Source of the DNA: Phoronis australis
Taxonomy: Eukaryota > Animalia > Phoronida
Reading direction: 5' to 3'
Assembly (NCBI GenBank): GCA_002633005.1
Contig: NMRA01000040.1
Location: forward strand, 265,362-329,361
Length of the DNA: 64,000 nt
The notes under the pieces are model-generated. The model saw only the letters and a list, made by a program, of their open reading frames with translations, was not told where the DNA came from and made no database searches. The position numbers were made by a program, and so were the translations under genes. Numbering within the stretch: the first letter of the stretch is position 1; each line of letters starts with the position of its first letter. This document shows, one piece after another, positions 46,820 through 60,511 of this stretch.

Positions 46820-49800
46820 TTAGCACTGCATTCTGTTACTAAGGGCGTTGAAATGCGCCTACCGTGTGCATCGTGTGCATCACAATGAACGCAGATACAC
46901 GGAATGATTACTATTTCAACATTCCCACTAAATACATCAATACAGATAACCCAGAAATAATTGCAACAGAAGGTTTTATTGCATAAATCATATCCCCTCA
47001 AACCCCTTAGTGTGAGAAAAAAGTCTACCAGAATCGGGGTGGTGGAAGTTGGTTTTTCAAGATGGCAGACAAAATAGCCGCCAGATTTGCATATGACCAT
47101 TATAACTCGAAAGTGGAATGTGATAGAGTAAAAATTCAAAAAGCTTACGTATCTTCTGTGGGTCAACAAATCCATTGGAAATAGTTTTGAAAGTCTGCGA
47201 TGACACCATCCGCCATTTTCCAAAATGGCCGCCAAAACTACTTAATTTTGAGTCGCACATATTCTGAGTTTCAGAGATCAACATGTCCAACAAAATTATT
47301 TTTGTCTGGCTCTGATTTATACGACTACCATTTTTAAGATTGTTAAGCAAATAATGACTTATTTGGGTGAAAAACATCAGGTTCGCCTGCACTGAAGGGT
47401 CATTCTCAGTGAAAAATGTGCTGTGTCGAAAATAAGTCTCCGCGATTAATTCAGCAATCTACTATCCACACCAATTGACCATTTGTGTCACCTCCAGTTA
47501 GTTGTAAATGCTAGTGAATACAGCAACAGTTCAGACAAGAGAAAGGTTTAGTAAAGTATGTTTAGCAAGTTAAACAGTTTATAAGCGCTTGAACAGCTCC
47601 TGACTAGGCTTCTCTTTAGTGATGTTACGTCTGTGTCCAAAGTAGTAATTCTCAGTCCGTAATCAAAATCTATACACAACCAACAAGTATTTACACAACT
47701 AATCTCTTTCAACTGAGAATAAATTGATGCAGCTTATATCACTGCATTCTCCACATGCAACCGAGCATGGCAATTCTAACTTCTTGTGAGTACATCTCTT
47801 GGAAATGCAGTTGGTCTTGCAAAAGCATCTTACAATCACCAGGTTCTCTGGTGCTGCTGGCTGGCCAATCGTCATGGGAATGAGTTTTCGACCTGACAGC
47901 ATCCATCCTCAATCCAGCGGGTTTAGCTCACTGCCACTGCTACCTGACCACTCTTGCTTTTGTCCTGGCAGCAAGGAATTTACCTGCTGAAGCAGTTGGT
48001 GGTAATGACTGTATTTGGACTTGGGCTACGCTTGATGACGCCTTTTCCACAAATCGCCTGCATTGTAAGTCATTTAAATTCCCAGAGCAAGTACCGCCAT
48101 AAAGCACAAATCTTTTACCAGCTTCAAATAATGTCTTCCTTCAGCTGCATCAGGTCTAGTGAATACTCTAGCCTTTTCGTAGAATTCTCGGTCACGCAGT
48201 TTCTTGAATGAGAGAGCCTTGCCAATACCGAACAGCCATGATGTTGTATTGCAACCACCTATTGCATGCGCAAATGGCAAAAGCACGCAAGTTTTGGCAC
48301 CAAGAGACAATTGTAGTTTCATGATGTCTCAGACTCTCCTCTCGTTTTGGTGCCTCTTGTCAGATCATGAATATTGGAAATTGTTGTGAAGTATTACGGT
48401 AACGCAAAAGAACCAACAAGTCTCTATCGTCTGCAATTAGGGTAGTAGGAACTTGTGCTGCATTCTCTACTGCTGTTTCTACAATTAAAACATCTGCGTC
48501 ACCTTGAGCTTGTACTACTGTGCAACCAGCATTTAGAGAAGAAGTGAATGAATCGTTTGTTTTTGCTGTTTACCAAAAATGTGAACTTTCTTCTTTGACT
48601 ATGTCACCATTGAAGTGAACTTCAGTTGCAACCACCCCACCCAGTCTTCGAACATGGGAGACATCTTTAGTTGATGGGACACCTCCACAACAATTAAAAA
48701 CAACAGTAAGCTGGGTGTACTTGCTGACGTAATCCACATAAGCTCTACCAACAGACGGAAACTTTGCACCTCTAGGTCATAGAATACAGTGAAGGAGAGA
48801 ACCGCTGTCGATTGCATGCATCACCGTGTTTTCTGGAAATTGGTAATCCTCAGGTAGGTCGTGCTCTGCTGGATCAGAGTGCATCAGCTCAGCCACTCTG
48901 GGAAGACCTGATGTATCAAAAAGAGCTGGGAACCAACACACAACTCAAACTTCAAAAGGCTTAATAAACATTCACTGTTGTCTTTTGCAGCTGTCAGTAT
49001 TCGCTGAAATAGCAGTTGTGGACCCCCTTGTGTAAAGTCACTATTGGCAACATGAATTAGTGGACTTGTCATTGCTACAACCTTATCTTTCTTTCTGAAT
49101 GTGAAGTCTTTTAAACTTAACCCCTCTACAGACAACTGCATTGCCTTCCCCACTTCTCCGACATTTTCTGAATTGACGCGTGTGCATGCAGTCACAACAG
49201 TGGCGATGTTCTGTAATCCTCTTCAAATGCGTGTCTGTTGTGGAGGAATTCAACAAGGCTGAGGAGCTTTGTCATCTCATGACTGTCTCGCCAGGGTACA
49301 TTCTTTATGCTGCTTACTTGTTTCGCAACTCAAGTTTGTCATACTTTGCTTGGCGCCATTTTATACTTGAGCATGCATGCCGGCATGGAAAGCAGCAACA
49401 GTGCATGCTGTGTATCTCCCATCAGATGACAAGCCTGCCCAGAATCTGTCACATGGTGTTATGGCATGGTGGCCATTAATAAAGGTGCTGTAGACATCTG
49501 GAAGGGTGTCTTTGAGTTGGTGCATCTTCTGCAAGTATATGTATGCAGACTTTGCATATGAGATGTAACCAGTAGCTGCAAACTATGGCAGCATATTAGA
49601 AACTACTTTTAGGTGAAGTTCCCAATCTGACGTTATTTCTGCTTTTAGAAAAAGTCGAAGGATGTCATACATTTTCATATACTGAAGCCAGAGACTGCTG
49701 GTTCGACTTTGCAAAGACAAGTCTGATTTATTTGCTTTTTTATGGATTCCTACAAGATAGTCCGACAAGCATACATCGCCGCACATAGACATCATGCCAG

Positions 49801-49880
49801 CAATAAGATCATCATACAGTTTCAGACCAGCTTTCAAATCATCACCAAGTATATCAATGGCCGTTGATTCTTCTGACAAA
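46820..49880 (-). mobile_element. Decayed Academ (AcademX-type) DNA transposon: transposase core, XPG/FEN1-like nuclease and Cys-rich finger; boundaries approximate
   Basis: Minus-strand fragments in the expected order: SRTSSLWLQYMKM..DWELHL..MLP*FAATG..YAKSAYIYLQKM..DRFWAGLSSD; QLLFQR; AQGDADVLIV..ADDRDLLVLL; AHAIGGCNTTSWLFGIGK; PAAPENL..RCFCKTNC..RC..LPCSVACGEC...C. Many stops and frameshifts; subterminal ccgccattttccaaaatggccgcc motif. Confidence 0.8.
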
Positions 49881-51638
49881 CCATTCTGTCACTGCAAATT
49901 CTGAAGACCTATACTCTGATTCAGTCCTGTTTGAATATACCAGTGGCAATATGCCGGACCCCAGAAGTGAACTCTTGTGAGTGTATTCCACTGTAATCCA
50001 AGGTTCAGAATCGGAAGACACTGCCTGTGCATTCATTGCATGTCCCAGTGTATATATCTATAGTTATGAGTTCAGTTGAGATGTCTGAAGAATCTATCTC
50101 CATATATTCCGACGAGCTAACGATTGTGTAGAAGCATTGAATTGCTCTACCTCTTGGCGCGGAATCTGTGCTCTGTATTGGTGACATTCGGGACTCCTGG
50201 AATTTCTGAAGAACCGGAACTTCTTTCTTGAAATCCTGAAGTCATTGGTTCTGGATTGGCATTCCTTGATCTGTCACATACCGTGAATAATACCCTTACA
50301 AGGACGTCACACCTTTCTAAAGATATGCAGGAATTTTCATCGCTCGTCCTTCTGAGCGGCTTTTACCAGCATTAAAGAGAGCGCGGCACTGGAGTCAGGT
50401 ACAGTTGTGATGACCGCATTGCCCGAATGCGAGCAAGACCCAATTAAGTGTAGTTACCTGATCATAAATTGTATTAAACATCTCTGATTGTACATAACGA
50501 CAAATTTTCAAAATGCATAACCACTAATTTTCGTTAAAAATGAATACCACAGCGGTATTGAGCTGGAAAAAAACAACCAAGTATGGTTTTCGATTTTTAA
50601 AAATCGATGAACTAATAATCTAAAAACTATAACCACTGGGCACGATTGAAGATAAACTACTGCGCGTAATGAAATACTTGGTGGATAAACAAACGCTGAG
50701 TTAACATTATCACATGGATTCATTTTTTAATATTCTTTCAATCTCGTTTAATCGGATTTTAGACCAGGAAACAGTTGTACATGTGCCCACTTTTCATTTT
50801 TTATTACTGACAAAGAGTTAAAATAGTTATCTATTCAGCGCCACCAAAATTGTCCAGATTCCATCTGATATCATCAGTTCTGGTTATCACCATATTTGCA
50901 CTTTTGTATATATTTTATGATTTGAGTTCTAATAAAGATTAAACTTTAATGACACATGAAAAGTTTAGTGTAGGCCTACCTGTAATGAGGAAAGTTCAGG
51001 GATGGGCTCACAATGAACTAAACTGATTAAGTTTCGCTGGCGATCAAAATCTACCTATGTTTTGGTACTTAAACTTAGATATCAACCTGTTCCCGGTAAA
51101 AAAAACAAGTGGGCAGAAGCATTAGAAATTAAATAACGAAAACCAATATGAAACAAATCGTTCCTTTGGGAAGTGGCCCTTTGTGAAGATAAACACAAGT
51201 TAACCTTTTTAGTCATTTTGTAATATTTATAATGTACCAAGTTAAAACTACTCTCAAGAGTTGCAGGCTGTAAGTCTGCAAATGTCAGAGAAAACCAAAT
51301 TGGGGGTACTAACAACAAGGATTGAGACAGTATTGCTAGCAATTACCTTTCCACTTCATTAGCTCAGATCTACATCAATACAAAGGGCATGCTGAATAGG
51401 CATCTTAAAAGTTGTCTGGGGCTAAGGGAATCTGAGGGGTGACCAGTGTAAGCAAGAAATTCTCCACATGAATATTTGGAAGCGAAATGAGGTCACGTGG
51501 TTTGTTATCTCCGGGACCAAGGAGAGTGCTATCGCAGTGTAATTCATGCTGGACCTATAGTTTAATCAACTGCAGCAAATGGATCAGATTGTCACGGAAC
51601 TGTGCATCATAGGTTGTGAATGTGTTTCTGTGTGAATT

Positions 51639-52059
51639 AAGTGTTGTCCACACACAGACTTACCCTTGAATTAGTTACTCCTGGAAAGAGTTGTCGCTAG
51701 GATTGAAGGCTGTGTGGACGCTATTTAAACTAGTGCAACCCTCCCCTACTTGTGACAATTAACTCCACCCTGTCGAGGTAGGGTAAATTGTTCTAGGGTA
51801 ATTACCACCACTTTTAATTACTGTGTGGCCACAAACCTGAGGTAAGGCGGATGTAATTATCAGCTGTGGTTATATACAGACGGAGGTTTTCTTTTGCGTG
51901 CCATATTCAAATTAGCTTTCGTTGTCATGCAAAAAGTGACAACTTCGCCTTAACCTAGTTATCGGATCTGTGTGTGTGCGTGTGGATGCTCTACTTAAAA
52001 GTGAGGTAAGTTGCACTTGTACAAGTTGTTCTAGGGTAGGCTGTGTGTGGACGGGACTT
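51639..52059. mobile_element. MITE family C (Harbinger-like, GTCCACAC TIR)
   Basis: aagtgttgtccacacacagacttaccct ... agggtaggctgtgtgtggacgggactt; reverse copy at 60100-60511. Confidence 0.75.
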
Positions 52060-54499
52060 TAGAGATGATAATTTCCATTTATTTTTGCATGTTCATTGTG
52101 AATGACAGAACTTGCTCATAGCCCGTTTTCAGGATATTCTACGACTTCTGAATGTGTTGGGTTTCATGGACAAAACTCAATACAAGTCATTTTTTTCCGT
52201 TTCTGTCAATACCCTTGTACAAGGATTCATCTGCAGGGTAGCCCAGACCTCGATTGATTTTTGATCAGATCCAGCAAATGTAAGCATGTTCACCAAAAAG
52301 CTAAAACTACCACGGAACACATAAAAACAATTTAAGGATATTAATGATTCGTGATAAGGCAACTAACAAAACAGAACAAAAATTAATATATCGTGTGTCA
52401 ACTGATATACCTTACCTTGTTATGGATTATACAACAGGAGAACAGAGCAATTGATATAAAACACAGAGTACCTTTTTTAATTAAAGATCGCACAAATCTG
52501 ACAAAGTCCCTATATGATCTATGACTAACAATTAATTGCTGCAAAATCAATAAACAGGTAGCAGGTAAACCACAAGGTGAAATATAGTAATAACAATAAT
52601 TCTAGGGATTTGTGCAGCTAGACATTCGATGCATTCCGCGTCTTTTACATTTCGTTTAGACTAGAAATTTCTGTGGGCCCCCTAATACTTTCAGACACAT
52701 TACCAAACCAACAAGTGACAAATTTTACAAAATTCAGTGGTTCTACTTAAAAACTCAAAGTTTCCTTTAATGGGACCCGTTTTTACACAAAAACTGGAGA
52801 ACCAGCACGCATCACTGACTTCCAATGACTTAAACAGAAAGAGGCATCTAACTACAAAGAACAACTTAAAAAGCTTTGTTGATAGGAACTTGCCACTGGA
52901 TGTTACATGACCAGATACACCTGATTCCAATCAGCTGACAGTCCACACAAACCAACCTGTCAAGACAGAAATGTTCAGAACAACATAAACTGCCCATATT
53001 CAAAATTAAGCTGCACCAAGCATATAGCTGATAATCCATTTCATCTTGACACCACTTGCATCCACAGGAGCACAACTGGCCTCAACTCAAAGAGGTATGC
53101 TAAGACATCCCATCAATGCCAAGTTGTGCCACTTTTTGTCTACATGGTCACTTGTGTACAATCATCTAATTCCTGGGTCAACTTCGGTTACGGTAAGTGT
53201 TCATGTCGTGTAGTGACCTCATGTATCCGAAGGGCCAATAATGTCACACTCACCAGATGATAAGAGGATGGAGAAATAATTAAAATGAGGAAAAATAACA
53301 TAATTTTCCAGTCGGAACAGCATGAAAGGATCAACCCTAGCAGTGCAGTGATAAATACTGTTTAAGCACTATTCAAAGATCTACCTCAGTAATTCTTCAC
53401 TTAATTTGCACAAAAACTATTTCCAAATTCAATATTTTTCTGCTATTCAAAGTCTGATTACCTAGATGCGAGCAATGGAAACTAGATCAAATGCTGGACA
53501 TCTAAATAGCCTTCCCACCAGTACAGAGATGAATACCTAAGCACTGTTCTGGGATATATTCACTCAACCCTGATATCATGGGAGTAATAAGCCAGCATTT
53601 TGTCAGTAGAAGGTGGTAAGGCTGGGGGGGTACTCAGATGTATTTGTGACGGGGCGATGCAACTGAAAAATCAAGATACTCACCCCTATAGACCTTATTC
53701 ACGAAGTCGCCATTTTAGTAGCGAGCCTCTTTTTAAGTTGCATTTGAGAAATAAATATAACAAGGCATGCAAAAAAATCACGTTTTGCGCTGTGATTATG
53801 TGCAGAATGCATTGTTCTTAAAACCTCAAAAGAGGCTTTCTTTATAAATGGCGACTAAGTGAATAAGTACAGAAAGTACAGAAAGTGGACTTTGAAAATA
53901 AGATACATTTGTTGAAAGCTTCTGTGAAAAAGTACATCTTTTGTAACCAAAGTTTTAAGAACAATGATAACAGATTTTGTAGTTTTGAACTGACATCAAC
54001 CCCTTTGTATAAAATGCAGTTGGTAAAGTCACACAACGGGAAGAAGTAAACTCATCATGAAAAGTCCCCCCGACACATTCCCCATGCCTCTTCTATGGGG
54101 TACCCCTCCTCCCCCCTGTTATTTTGTCTTTGCAATAAGGCCTTGTCTTGCATACTAGAATTTTGAATATGTCGAGTTGTTTTCATGCTCCCACAGTTTT
54201 GAGGCACCTTTGAAGGAATGCAAGTGTCACAGTGCACGAGCTTCTTGTCAATACAGCGAAATCCTGTTATGTTCTTACCATGTATGTCAAAGTGTATTTT
54301 GGAAAGTGGAGCGCACGTGACTGCAGCGATTTTCACATGCGAGTATACACACCCCAATTTCATAGAAAGTCTGATGAGTGTTATGGTCCTGCAGGATTGT
54401 TAGCAACAACATGTACTGTTCCGGAAGAGAGATGAACATTATGATACAAAACCAGCACAGGAAACGGCAATGAGTGGATTAGGGAAACTGCAATCACAG

Positions 54500-54850
54500 G
54501 AGGCAGTGTGACCTAGTGTGATTAGAGACCGCCTTCTTTACTAGAGGTCGGGGGTTCGAGTATCACTGGGCCACACTGTTAGATCCTTGAGTCAGGTTTC
54601 TGTTTCTAGTTCCTCAGCTCGGTTTGAACCATATATTAATAAAGAATAAAAATAGTTCCACGTAATCTGTGCAATGGGCCCACATGTGCGGCCTGTGCAC
54701 CTCTAGTACATGTATCAGACCGCCTGCAATTATTTTTGTAAACTGCAATCATCCAATCACAATCACGTTCTTGTGTCAGATAATGATACCCTACTCACAA
54801 TGGATAAAGGCTTGCACTCTGTCGCCAGAGTAGTATAAATGCTATTGATG
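54500..54850 (+). mobile_element. tRNA-derived SINE remnant
   Basis: gaggcagtgtgacctagtg..ttagag (A box), gaggtcgggggttcgagt (B box), tccttgag core-like motif and a tataaatgct tail-like end. Confidence 0.5.
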
Positions 54851-57380
54851 TGAATGGTTGCAAGGGTCACTTATGTTGGCACTTTGCTGGTGGTTTGAGT
54901 AACACCAAAACTGCTATCATGTTTGCTAATTTGTAGCCAAATCGCTAAATACTTCAAAGCGTCTTTGTTGATCACTGCCTTGAGCAATTATTGCAGTGAG
55001 TGAACAGGTAGTGAGGAAACTTACTGGTGAAAAACAAAAACACCAGTTTTTGCCGTCCATGTGAATCCAGCATTAGACTCAACATGCAGATCGTTTTCAA
55101 CTGCTTTCAACTGCGCAATGATAGTGTGTAGTCCGTCATAAATACACGTAACGTCCTTGACCAACAACATTTTCGATTTTTCTCAAGAACAATAACTAAT
55201 TTAATTAAATAAAGCTCAGCTTAAGAGCATAAATTATGCTAGCACTTTCAAATAAAAAACAGCATGCTTGTCTGGTGAATTGCAGTTGGTTAGCAACACC
55301 CGAGAAGCCCGGTATTCCCACATGACAGATAAACACACTCGGGTCAGCAAATCCATTAATCAGAATTATGATACATACGGTAGCGGAATATACAATGCTG
55401 ATCACCATGAAAGTTAACAATAACTTAACATACACATCAATCGTTATCATTTTTATGTTATTTCTGAAACACATACTTTTTGTCATTTTGGAGCACTCCA
55501 CAGTAGTGCGACCTGCCCCTTCTGCTGTTGCGATGACGACGAACCATTTCCCATCAAAAATAAATCATTCTTACTTGAAAAACTGAACAGTGAAACTTGT
55601 TGCTGTGGAACATGCTCCTTCGTAAAATCGCCATTTTAATCGGCATTTCAATATACCGAGTAAAATCCCAACTTTAATGTCATTTCGCTACACTAAAAAT
55701 AAGAGGACTAGGGAGTAAAATGTGACAGCTGCAATAAATCGCTCAGACCACCTGCAGATACCAGATGAGGTTCACCTAATGCACGGCACATCGCTTTGCG
55801 CTATTTGCCTTGGAGCATAAAACAAGTGTGGCCAGAGGGAAATAGCAAACTCTAGACAAACGAGAGCAAAGAAACCCCGTTACTTGCTAAATAAGGGGCA
55901 TTGCAAAATACCAGTGAAATAGTGGAGAAAATCATCATGTAAACAGTCACAGGTTACCATTTCAAAGTAAGCGTAAAATAGCGAAGAAATAACGGAAAAA
56001 ATTCACAAGTAAAAGCCACTGGTAAGAGCAACTAATCAGTATGAAATGCCAAGGCTCGCATCATTGGAAGGACAATAAAATGCGACTGTTTCATGACAAA
56101 AGTGACATGCTTCAATGCCATGGTTCACTACATTTTTTGTAAGTGTGCTATTAGATTGACCTATGCAAAGTATGGATCACAGTAGGAACCCTTGAACAGG
56201 TATCACACACTGACACAATAAGTAAACAGCCAATGGTTGATGGGACACTTAAGCTGCATTTAAGTCAAGTGGCAATTGTGATAAAAGTATCAGTACCTGT
56301 GCAGAAATTAGACAAAATATAACGCAAAGGAATATTAACCCCAACTCCTGATTTCTTTCAAAAGAAGTATATTCAAAGTTTAAAACATTATTTGAAAAAG
56401 TGAAATGGAAGCGACTATGAATAGGTTGGCTTTTCAATTCTTATAAAAGGTTGTTTCTGGAATAAAACCTTATGAAGAGGGGACATTCTCATGGTAGCTC
56501 CAAACAAATGGGTCCCTTTTCTCTAGTCCACACTTCAAATACGTGGGCATCCCTAATTTTACCCCTCCATCATATATAGTTAAGTAGCCTTCCCCCCATA
56601 ATCGTATTGAAAACGTCGATACAAGAATGCTTGATCAACCTGTAACAATATTCACCGCTATGACAAACTGTTTGACTATAGTCATTCAGATATACACCAT
56701 CATCTAATTACCAGACAACTGCAGGTCATGACTAATCCAACATTCACGCCATAGTGGCCATTAATTACTGCCACAGTGGTTTATGGAAAAATAAAGGACA
56801 TTAGGAATACAGCTTAGCTAGTAGATCTATCAGTTAGGACAGTGTCCAGAGTAGTTGACCACTATGAATACCATTCTACCACAATGCTGGTCAATTTCAG
56901 GACAAGATACCAATTTGTACCTTAATACAAGGTACATTACATGAGTCGTTTTCCCATTAGGGGAACTTCGGTTTATCAAAGCTTCGTCGAAACTTCGCTT
57001 ACCTATCCCACTCAACAGCACTGGGTTTTTACTGAGATGAACGTGGACTACCTCTGCAACCCACAGCTCTTACCACAGTTTGTAATTCAACTAAAATGGG
57101 AGGATGCAGGATTTTGAAATGTCACACCATTTCAAAGTGATTTGTAGAAATTGTGGCTCTTAAGAAGACCTCAATAATAAAATAATGTAAATAAAAGTCA
57201 AACGCCCTCAGACACAACTTTTCCATCAACACCTGGTCAAACTAAATCCGAGCAAAATAAAAAGTCGCAAGTGTAAGTTATGATTGCGCATGATTTTTCT
57301 TCTTCAATTAAAAAACCTGCCGAAAATGACTTCCGACTACACAGTAAAAAGCTGCGCCCATTCTAGTAAAACTGCTAGGT

Positions 57381-57543
57381 TACCGTAATCGTTCGGGTTA
57401 ACGCCCATGCTCAGTTAACCGCCCATCCCCGACTTTAGGTGGATTTTCGATTTAACCGCCCACTGCTCGGTTAATCGCCCTCCCCCGATTTTTTGGTTTC
57501 GCCAATTTAACCGCCCAGGGCGTTAACCCGAGCGATTACGGTA
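57381..57543. mobile_element. Tc1/mariner (pogo/Tigger-like) MITE with TA target duplication
   Basis: TA|ccgtaatcgttcgggttaacgccc ... gggcgttaacccgagcgattacgg|TA (24-bp TIR, one mismatch); internal ttaaccgccc repeats. Confidence 0.88.
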
Positions 57544-58217
57544 TGTACGTAGTTAGTTTTATGGCTGGGTCAGTCAGCAGAATACGCGTACTCAATTACT
57601 GAGTTATTGGGCACATTACAATGTGTGAACAAGGTACCTATCCCACATTTTCCTTGTAATGTGTCACAATTTGAGGTTTACATCCATTACTACTGAGAGC
57701 AGAATGGACCGTGCCCAAATAATAATCGAAAACAAAGGAAACACGTATTTTCATAATTTTTTTGTTTCTACTCCATCAAACAGGTCCCAACTCGGCATTT
57801 TGAACTGATTTATCAGTGGAAATGAGAGCACAGGTGATTTTCCTACAATTTTTGTTCTATTTAGGAGTTCGCGAGGCAACCACTTACTGCTTTTTTGACA
57901 AGAAATCCCGAGTTGTACACGTAAAATCTGCGTGCTGCGAAGACAGCGATTTGCATGTACACAATTCATCTAATAATACCCCAAGTCAAGGGCATTCACC
58001 CACTACAGCACTAGCTCATTTGCTACTGTGTTCCTGAATTCTCTGAGGGGTTAAAGAAGTGCACTATACAGACACAGCCAAGCTTTTCCATCAGCAAGAT
58101 ACAGAAGTATCTAGATTTACACAACACGTCAATATTGGCACCTGGGTATCAAAATAGATCGCAAAAAAATTTGGTGTCATCTTGGCAGGAGTGAAGTAAA
58201 TTATGCGCGACAATATT

Positions 58218-58606
58218 CAGGCCCCGGGTTCTCATCTTTTTACTCGAAATGGAACTCGAACTTATATTTGGCGTTTTCTACTCTACTTTTGCGTGAACTC
58301 AAGATAAGTGTCTATAATTATTCTAGGCTCGAGTATATAATGAGTTACATGGATAATTTTTTAGTCCTAGTTTGCAATTGATAAACCCAACATTAAGGCT
58401 AAAATTTCGAGTTTTTACTCGAGTTTGTAGCACTAATATAAGGGTCATCAAGTGCTAACTTGGACTAGAAACTCATACGCGTAAACTATAATGTATTCAA
58501 GCACAGTCTAATAACCACTTATCTGAGTTCGCACAAAAGTAGCAGAGAAATTGCCAAAAATATTTTTGAGTTTGTTTCGAGTACAAAGATTTGATTCCGG
58601 CCCCAG
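58218..58606. mobile_element. Palindromic foldback MITE, family B, second copy
   Basis: Colinear similarity with 14597-14992, same inverted arms, GGCC-rich ends. Confidence 0.8.
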
Positions 58607-60099
58607 GTTACACTTATGTGACCAAACATGCCATTTGCATTTGATAACGCCCGATTTATTGGCTCAGATTAACACACATACTGATTCCCAGAGTTCTCCA
58701 CTCTATACTTGCACAAGCTCTTGAAAAACTGCAGAGGCTACGAGCCGATTTACTGCAGTTCAACAACACAGTAATGGACATTTCTGACATGTCAATCAAG
58801 CTCATAATGCCAACCAATCAGAGATTGGAAACCTGTAAACACAACGAAAGTCTACAATCTTTGTCCTACAAACATTGGTTGAACAAACGATAGCGTTAGG
58901 ATGGTTTTACGTTCTAGGGGCACTGGCAATGCAGTTCAACGACATACAGAAAACAAACAAGTGACTGTCGATGATAAATGCATGTTTTAGACTTCGTGAT
59001 ATGACTGGATAAACAAGTATAAAATGTAAGAAATTTATGTTTATTAAATGCTTCACCAAAAACATTCTTCTGAACTTTAAGTCTAAATGTAGACAAATTG
59101 CATGGATGTACAGCTTGCCTACCACCATTTGTGCTAACCAGAGTACCTGGTCTTGTTATAGAACAGGTGATACAATAAATCAGACCTCTATGAATGAAGC
59201 TGGAAGTGTCAATGGGCTGGCAATTGAATGGACTCAAAGACTATGAAGCATGAGCATCAAGGCTTGGTATAGTGGATGTACCACTGTGTGCAACGGTTTG
59301 TGAGAATGCTGCTCTGCATAGTGACTGCTTTTGACACATTGTATAATCTGTTGCTGCGGAAAGATTGTAAAGGAATTCCGCCATCTTGGCTTTACACTTG
59401 TAGGAACCATCTCAACTGAATTTGTGGTTGGCGTGACCCAACTGCTAATGCAATTGTAGGAACTATCCAATGGCACCAGAGTGCATCTCACACTTGCATA
59501 AGGTCTTGAAACAAACACTATAACCTCTTGCTAATATTCTCCAGAGACTCAGCTTCAACACTCAACCTGTACCAATAGTGAGACGATACATGGTAATGTC
59601 TTATACAAATACAACGTAACATGTCTACTGGTTGGTTTGCGTTGATAATGTCTGGTGACTACTGCATTGCTGTGTACAATGCCTGGTGGACGAAAACGCT
59701 CCGTGCAGCACTTTACTATAAAGAAAAGCCAAGATTCCAGCACAGAGTCAATGTGGGCATACTGAACTACTGAACCTCTGTAAATCAGTTTGCATACGGT
59801 AAAAATAATTGCCAAAACTGGACTTTTTTCATTTTTGTAATGTATCTAACATTGTTGCGAATGGTTAGTTATTCAAGGTAAAGTCTGACGGTAGTTGTGG
59901 TACAAAACTTGAACACCGTAAAGCATTAATTTGATGCTATGCACGATCTTTCATTGAAAAAATGAGAAAATAAAATTTCAATTGTCAGCCACCTTGTGTC
60001 ATAAATCTATGAGATCTTACCATATTCTGTTGATTAGCCAGCTATAAAACTGTGGCTGGTATTCAATTGGGCAGAAACCAATGACCAAGTCCAGCTTCA

Positions 60100-60511
60100 G
60101 AAAAACCTATACAGATTTACCACAGAACAACTTGAACTTAAGTGCAACTTGCCCCACTATAACTGGAGTGTCCACACATGCATATCCCACGACTGGCACA
60201 AGGCGAAAGTTGTCGCTCTCTGAATGACAATGAATAGTTGATGCGAATACGGCACACAAAAGACGACCCGTCAGTATGTAACCGAAGCTGATAATTACTT
60301 CCGCCTTGTCCCAGGTTTGCGGCCACACTGATTAGAAGAAGCGTAAGTTACCCTAGAATAAGTTATTCTACCTCCACAAGGTAGAGTTAGTTGTCACAAG
60401 TGGGGTAAGTTGCAATAATTCAAATAGCAGCCACGCAGCCCTCAAACCTACTGACAACACGTGCCAAGAGTAAGTTGTTCTAGGGTAAGCCTGTGCGTGG
60501 ACGGCACTTAA
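60100..60511. mobile_element. MITE family C, copy in opposite orientation
   Basis: Reverse-complement similarity to 51639-52059 along its length (e.g. gctgataattacttccgcctt, ttgtcacaagtgggg, tagggtaagcctgtgcgtggacggcacttaa). Confidence 0.7.
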
